A stretch of DNA of 62,865 bases, the filler included, from Aduncisulcus paluster (lineage: Eukaryota): NCBI GenBank assembly GCA_024181965.1. It is 8 parts of 8 records of this genome, joined end to end, with 100 filler letters (N's around TTAATTAATTAA, not from the genome) between each part and the next. Parts side by side here need not be neighbours in the genome. Positions count along the whole stretch, not along the records: positions 55,717 to 62,865 come from BQXS01010961.1; 7 more parts are not named here. One strand, 5' to 3'. How positions within the stretch are numbered: the stretch's first letter is position 1; every line of letters begins with the position of its first letter. The position numbers and the translations under genes were made by a program. Positions 56,749 to 62,865 of this stretch are shown piece after piece. The notes under the pieces were generated by a model. That model ran no database searches and was not told the origin of the DNA. It saw only the letters and a list, made by a program, of their open reading frames with translations.

Positions 56749-58578
56749 ATGGGGTTTAGCCTTGATTACTTCCTCTCCCCGATTGCTATTATAGGATTTG
56801 TATCCATAGGTTTAATATTATCCCTCATTCTCGGCCATACTCTCCGCAATTGGTTTGGTATGCCTCCTTGGACTTGTAGGGTTTGTATTCATGTTTTAGT
56901 TGGATTATTTTCGACATTTTCTTCATTATTGGCAACAAAAAGAGCCGATTTTGTCATTGTTGGGGTTTCTTTTGCCCTTGTTAATTTGCTATCCATAAAA
57001 TACGATATTATCAAGGGAATGCAAACAAACACTTCACCATCTCTCGGAACTGTTTTTTTCCCTATCTCATTCTCCATATTAGGATATTTATTCTATAATA
57101 ATATGACGATTTTCGTTATCACTTTCCTTATCCTTACACTTTCTGATCCATTAGGATCTATTGTTGGTCGTTGGACTCAAAAAAAGTTACACAAAGATAA
57201 ATCAAAACCATATCGTTTTCGGTATGTTGTTTTCAAAGATGCAAAGACACTGTTTGGTAGCCTCACCGTATTCTTTTCCTCCATTGTTGTTGCTGTCTCT
57301 GCTATGACATTTATCCCATATTACATGCAAAAAATTGATATTATTCTAAGGATACCACCTGAAGATCTTGATTCTTTCTGGTGTAAACTTGGATCGCTTT
57401 TAAACTTGACTCTGACTCCCCTCCACAAATATATGGCTCTTCCGTTCCCTCACGCTCTTTTATTTGCCGTTCTCATTGCTCCAATGGCGATGTGTCTTGA
57501 ATCAATGTCCATATATGGCTCCGACAACCTCTCCCTTCCATTAGGTCTGTGTGTCTTCATCGAGATCACCTCAGCACTTGGACCGATTCCTGTGTTATTC
57601 TGGGAGGTTGTGACAGCTCTTGTGTGCATTGTTGCATACTTTAGCAAGGCAGTGACTATCGGTGGTGCCATGTGTGCCTTTGTCGTGGGAACTCTGATCT
57701 TTGCACCTCTCTCCACTCCTTCTTTCCTATTGGTTGCAATATTCCTAATCTCAGGCTCTCTCCTGACTCGGAGAAGAAAGTTAAAGGAATCTATGATGGT
57801 CAGATGTGATGATTCAACAAGCAATATCAAACGGGTCATCCAAATTTCGGACCAATCTCATTCAAACATAAAGAAACCCACGAATCATAGTAATAGGGCC
57901 CATAGAGATGACTCTAATCAATCAGAGAAGAGGAAAAGCAACAAGAAACAACAGAACAACAAGAAGAAAGGAAGGGACGCTTGGCAAGTCATATGTAATC
58001 TGTCAGCAGGTGGTTGTATATCCATTGGATTGTTCATATCTAACCATTCACTTCAATACTGTCTCTATCCGTTGATTACATGCATATCAGCGGCCACAGC
58101 CGACACTTGGGCTTCAGAGTTCGGCAGGATATTCGCTTTCATGCCACATTCACCATTCTCAATGAAAACAAAGCTTCCCGTCGGTAGAAGTGGCGGAATT
58201 AGTTTTATTGGGTCTATTTTTGGACTTCTTGGATCAACTTGTATTTCTATTATCGGAATTGTCTCTGGTCAATATACAGCCGTTTGTGGGTTGAAATATT
58301 CAGTCATTCTAGGTATTTCTGCCATAATTATCGGTTATTTGGGTTGTTTTATTGACAGTATTATCGGATGGTATTTACAAGCACTTTTTAAATGTGATCA
58401 GTGTGGGAAAGAATCCGAAAAGATCCACCAACTCTGCATAAAGTGCGGAACATCCAAAAAGAAATGTATTAAAGGATATTACTGGTTAAGTAATAATATG
58501 ACTAACTTTTTTTCAACAATATTTGCTTCGATTTGTGGATACGTCGTTTACTGGTCTTTATTTCATAATATAAAGTAA
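56749..58578 (+). CDS. Fusion of a phytol/dolichol kinase-like (CTP-dependent) membrane domain and a DUF92/TMEM19 domain
   Basis: N-half: RVCIHVLVG, SLGTVFFP, SDPLGSIVG, KTLFGS, GSDNLSLP. C-half: GRDAWQVICN, AATADTWASEFG, SGGISFIG, IDSIIG..LQA.FKC..CGK..E, WLSNNMTNF. Confidence 0.85.
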   Translation: MGFSLDYFLSPIAIIGFVSIGLILSLILGHTLRNWFGMPPWTCRVCIHVLVGLFSTFSSLLATKRADFVIVGVSFALVNLLSIKYDIIKGMQTNTSPSLGTVFFPISFSILGYLFYNNMTIFVITFLILTLSDPLGSIVGRWTQKKLHKDKSKPYRFRYVVFKDAKTLFGSLTVFFSSIVVAVSAMTFIPYYMQKIDIILRIPPEDLDSFWCKLGSLLNLTLTPLHKYMALPFPHALLFAVLIAPMAMCLESMSIYGSDNLSLPLGLCVFIEITSALGPIPVLFWEVVTALVCIVAYFSKAVTIGGAMCAFVVGTLIFAPLSTPSFLLVAIFLISGSLLTRRRKLKESMMVRCDDSTSNIKRVIQISDQSHSNIKKPTNHSNRAHRDDSNQSEKRKSNKKQQNNKKKGRDAWQVICNLSAGGCISIGLFISNHSLQYCLYPLITCISAATADTWASEFGRIFAFMPHSPFSMKTKLPVGRSGGISFIGSIFGLLGSTCISIIGIVSGQYTAVCGLKYSVILGISAIIIGYLGCFIDSIIGWYLQALFKCDQCGKESEKIHQLCIKCGTSKKKCIKGYYWLSNNMTNFFSTIFASICGYVVYWSLFHNIK

Positions 58579-58727
58579 AATTCAGAATAATCTTTTACTT
58601 ATTTATATTATTTTGATTATATTATTATTATTATCTAATGTTTTTTGCCTCTACCAAAAAATGAATCGGATTGACGAGCAATATAAAATTTTAAACCTAT
58701 TTTATTATATATTTCACAATTTATGCA

Positions 58728-61700
58728 ATGCGTCGAATCAAATTTATATTCTTTATTTTATTTATTTTAATGTTTTTTGTCTCTGCGGACCAAGAGTACT
58801 CTATCACTCTTTCTAATGATAATTATTTATGTACAGCCGATTCTTGTGACTTTCTATCGGCTTTTGCTATTGCTTGTAATACTTCTCTTTCCGAATCTGT
58901 AATTTTATCTGTTTATAATGACACTGACTATCCCCTGACCTTTTCAAATGTAGATGCTAATTTAGTATGTATCGGTGCTCAATATCGATTTGTTGTTGAG
59001 TTATTCACATCTGTTGAATTCTATAATGATGCAAAACTGTATAATTTCGAGCTTGCCGGAGATGGGGTAAATGATATTATTTTTTATGGAGAAACATCAT
59101 TTTTAGATTTAATTATACGCGATGCAAAGCTTAAAACTGCTAAAACATCTGAGCCAACTGTTTTTACAAATGTTACGATTTCCTCTTCATCTGTTCGCGT
59201 TTCATACCCCTCCTTGATTCCTTATAATGTTTCTCTCTTTGACGACACGTCTCTTGTTATTGTAGGTTCCCTATTGATGTCTGAAGGCACCCTTTTGTCA
59301 GCTGTTCCAGCTTCAAGCGATGGTGAACTTCAAAATATATCTATCCTTGTGAAAGGAGACGTTGAATTCCCAATGGAACTTGATATTGGTCCTCCAGGGC
59401 AGATTCTTATGAAGAATATTCTCAATTCTGGAGGAGAAGCTGTCTTATCAATCGACGGAGCCATGTGCCATTCAAATCCTGACTCTTACTATTCCTCAGA
59501 GTCCGTATATTTCTCAAATATTACTGTTCTTGGGTGGAAATCACCCCTGCACTTCACAGGAGCTATTCCATCGGCCTGTGACATTGATGGAGACATTCAG
59601 TTCGGTCTCAAAAAGGCATATTTCGAACAATGTAAGGCATACCGAGGCGGTGCTCTCCAAATAGAAGCCAATGTCGGCCTTGAACAAGAATTCTACTTCG
59701 ACGGTGTTGTTTTTGATCAGTGTCGAGCCATTGGCGGTGGATCCATATATTCTGCCACACCCATCTTTGTCAAAGGCTTTTCAACTGGATCTCCGCGTCC
59801 CGATCTCTATTCCTCTCTTGACGACATGACGAATGTGTCGTCGTATCCCTTAGTAATCTCCAGAAGCACTGCCACATCTGGCGGTGGGATTATTATTGAG
59901 GCCAGTCAAGCATATATACGTAATGTGAGCAGTGAACTTCTTCCTACCTCCAAGATTATGCGTGAATTCCTTGACATTGAGAGCTCTTCTCTTCCCGACG
60001 AAGACTTAGCATATAAATACTCACCTCTCTCTTCCTTCATCCTTAGTGATTGCACTGCTGACTATGGTGACGATATCAACACAGACCCTGTACACATGTG
60101 TTATTCAATCAATGAAATTACATATTGTCCCAGTGTGAGTTCTACATTCGTTGAGGCTGTTAGTTCGAAGGCATGGGATGCAGCGTTGAGCGTGACCGAT
60201 GAGTACGATCAAGATGAGTATTATTCCTCAACCGCAATGCTATTTATAGAACAGCTCCAAGAAGACACCGGTATCGATCTCGATGACATTGACGATGGCA
60301 CCACTCTCGAAGGAGACTGGCTTGAGTCTGCTCTTGAGGGTTCTGATGAAGCCACTGAGGTCTTTACCGATACCACAAATGAGGAGTGTTACTCCGATCC
60401 TTATGGAAATGCTGAAGAGTGTGCTTGTTCGATCGATTCATATATCGATACTGAACAGTGTGGGGTTGATTATAGCGATTTCGACAGTCTGAGTAACGTT
60501 GTTATCAAGGAAGCCGTTGAGAACCCCTGTGATACTGACGCTTTCTCAACCGAGTGTCTGTGTTACAATAATCCCTGGGCCTCTGAGTGTTCTGACGAAG
60601 AGGATGACACGTATCGCATTCAAACATTCTATTCCTGTTTCTACGAGTCTCTCAATATTGATTCTTGCTGTGAAGAAATGGACTATGCAGCCTCCCCGTG
60701 TTGCTACGTCATGGATGATGCCGCATCCGTTGACCTCTGTGTCACATTCTTCGCTTCCTCTGAGCCTGTATCCATTGGTTTCGCCGAGTGTATGGCCACA
60801 CCCGAGGAAGGTGGAATTGCCGAGACAACCGACGACAGTGAAGCCTTATCCAAGTGCTGTTTCCTATTTGGAGTGGAGAACGATGATCAGTGCTCCGATT
60901 CCTTTGCCGATGATGACTATATATCTATGTCTTTGCTCAATTTAATGTCCAGTCCTTCGTACGTGAATGGGTCAGTCACTATAGACGATCTCCTTGATGT
61001 CCTCTGCGGTGAGGACACACGTGGAGAGAACTCCTCGGTGTGTGGCGCATTGATAAGAGCTGAGAATCCATATCCTTCGCTTTATGAAATGTGTATATAC
61101 ACGATCGAAGATCCCAAGACATGCTGCTTCTTTTCGTATGGTACATCTGGAGAATTACCTGCCCCCGAGTGTGCGTTATACTCCCTTATGACAAGATATG
61201 AGAGTAATGGGACACTTTCTGGCAGTTCTCTCCGATCAGAGTGTTCTCTTGTAATGGATGACGTCACAATCACTGACACCGTGTGCGATATCCTCAATTC
61301 AGGCGAGGACAGTGCATTTGAGACCAGTACTGAGGTATGTCTCGACTCATACTCGACAGAATATTGTTGCTCTTCAAGCATTGCAATGGTAGATGTGCCT
61401 TTCAATGAGCTATCAGCCAAATGCAGATCATACCAGTTCTTTACACTTCAAATGGAGGCTGAAACGAATGGAGGTGTCTCCAAGAAGTTCTCGATATGTA
61501 CTGATATCCAAAAAACAGATACTCTCGCTGATCCCACCAATGTATCAGATTCTTACAGTGCATGTATGAGTGTGGAGACATCAAGGATCGAGTGTGTTTC
61601 CTGGGTTGCTACAGAATATATCAACCAATGTCCTGAATATTACTCTTCTGTGGCCGATTTAGCCTATAATTATGGCACAGGATCTGTCAGTTCAAAATCT

Positions 61701-62865
61701 ACGTCTTCGCTGCTCTTCTTCTTCTTCTTCTTCTTCTGCAATGTCACGGCATCGAGCTCTTTTTGGAAATCAGCCAAGACCAATATACACCCCTCCGATC
61801 AATCAGAAATCCTCAGATTCTGCTATTATTAGTACACAAAATGCCGGAATATCAGTCGACTCTTACTCGGCCTCAATGACCCTCTCCCTTTATTCATTCT
61901 TTGTGAAGCCCACGATCTCTCTCAAGGAAGATGGTAGTTTCATCACATTGGCCACTACCTCAAGTGATGATACATATACCAAAGCAGTCGTTACCCCGAC
62001 TTTCTTCCGGTTTGTCTCCTCTTTCTCATCCTCTTCTCACTCACAGACCCAAGAAGTTGTTATAGCTGGACCCAAAGAGAACACGCATGGATATGCATTC
62101 ATCAAGGAGTATGGGTCTGATGTGAATGCTTACAAACTCTCATTGACATTACCCACATGCCATTCAGACTATGCCCTCCAAGTCCCTGGTTCCAATGTAT
62201 TCCGAGGTATGTGTATCAAATGCAATGGTCCAAGTACATACAAGGCTGTGGAATCTAAAGGAGCCGTGTGTCTCACGTGCCCCGATGGAGCCACCTGTCA
62301 TGGTGGAGGTATCGTTGGAAGTGACGCTGGATATTGGATCATGTTAGAAGAAGACACAGGAGAGCTATCTGCCACCAATGATGGAAGTATGCTGATCCAT
62401 CAGTGCCCCATTGAAGAGACATGCTCTGGTACTGAGTCTGTCCTCGAGATGAATGGATACACGATGACTCCTGCACTTGTTGATGGAGGTTGTTTTGATG
62501 GACATAATGGAACTCTCTGTCTATCTTGTAACGACGGATGGATTAGGGGGCATGTCAATGATAAGTGTTCAAAATGTGGGAAAATTTCTTTGATTATTCT
62601 CACATTTGGAGGAATATTACTTGCTCAGATTCTATTTTTAGCATTTGGATGTACTCAAACTGCCAAAGAACAGAAACATAAAGAGATGTTGCTTGAATAT
62701 CAAGACCTTAACAGAGAGGTCCAAGCAACTATTCAAAGAAGAGTTCGTTCCGAAAGTGTGCACTCTGATCTTAGAGAAGAAGGAGAGGCAAGACAAGGGG
62801 AAGATTCTGTCCAAGTTCAGCTGGTTGATCAAGACAATGTCCTTCTCCATAACACAACAAGTTCC
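58728..62865 (+). CDS. Large secreted/membrane Cys- and Asp-rich protein with GGA[IL]-type repeats; +1 frameshift near 61710; runs off window
   Basis: Signal peptide MRRIKFIFFILFILMFFVSA and RGGAL/GGGSIY/SGGGII motifs. After the (TCT)n tract the +1 frame is open to 62865 with CPDGATCHGG..GYW..CP..C..GHNGTLCLSC and a TM helix. Confidence 0.8.

Noticed and set aside
1-62865. Alternative genetic code (TAA/TAG=Gln as in hexamitid diplomonads); tRNA/rRNA genes
   Set aside because: Conserved genes end at TAA/TAG in the expected positions (SelD, eIF4E, Utp11, PatB). No tRNA or rRNA was recognised by eye.

Overview
This is eukaryotic genomic DNA, not a single locus. Eight unrelated contigs are joined by artificial 100-nt linkers (N44-TTAATTAATTAA-N44). 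Three further 20-N scaffold gaps each have a falsely duplicated flank. Genes are compact, use the standard code and have few short GTATGT...AG introns, and many proteins carry long Ser-rich insertions. Bacterial-type enzymes, a BolA with a hydrogenosome-like presequence and an expanded 'MKGAYIC/KKYEF' family suggest a free-living anaerobic fornicate (Aduncisulcus/Carpediemonas-like; inference). Recognisable genes are an ABCA transporter, bacterial-type SelD, Dsc3-like, a Yellow/MRJP-like membrane protein, prefoldin, Utp11, eIF5A, eIF4E, BolA, an LRR surface protein, CH-domain and TOG-domain proteins, ZW10/Dsl1, RPC9, PP2A-B55, a PUF protein, PARG, PatB/MalY, a phytol/dolichol-kinase-DUF92 fusion and a large Cys-rich membrane protein. 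The most unusual signals are non-coding. (1) Chains of adjacent or overlapping perfect palindromes with a single central base recur in intergenic DNA of several contigs and resemble accumulated hairpin-type excision/repair footprints. (2) Two copies of a ~31-35 nt element, CGGYCGGGGCGTCT+(CAA)n, each have their own 13-15 bp target-site duplication. (3) A 173-bp insertion with an 18-bp TSD lies just after the SelD stop and shares a structured 105-nt end with an element on another contig. (4) There is a probable decayed non-LTR retrotransposon fragment.
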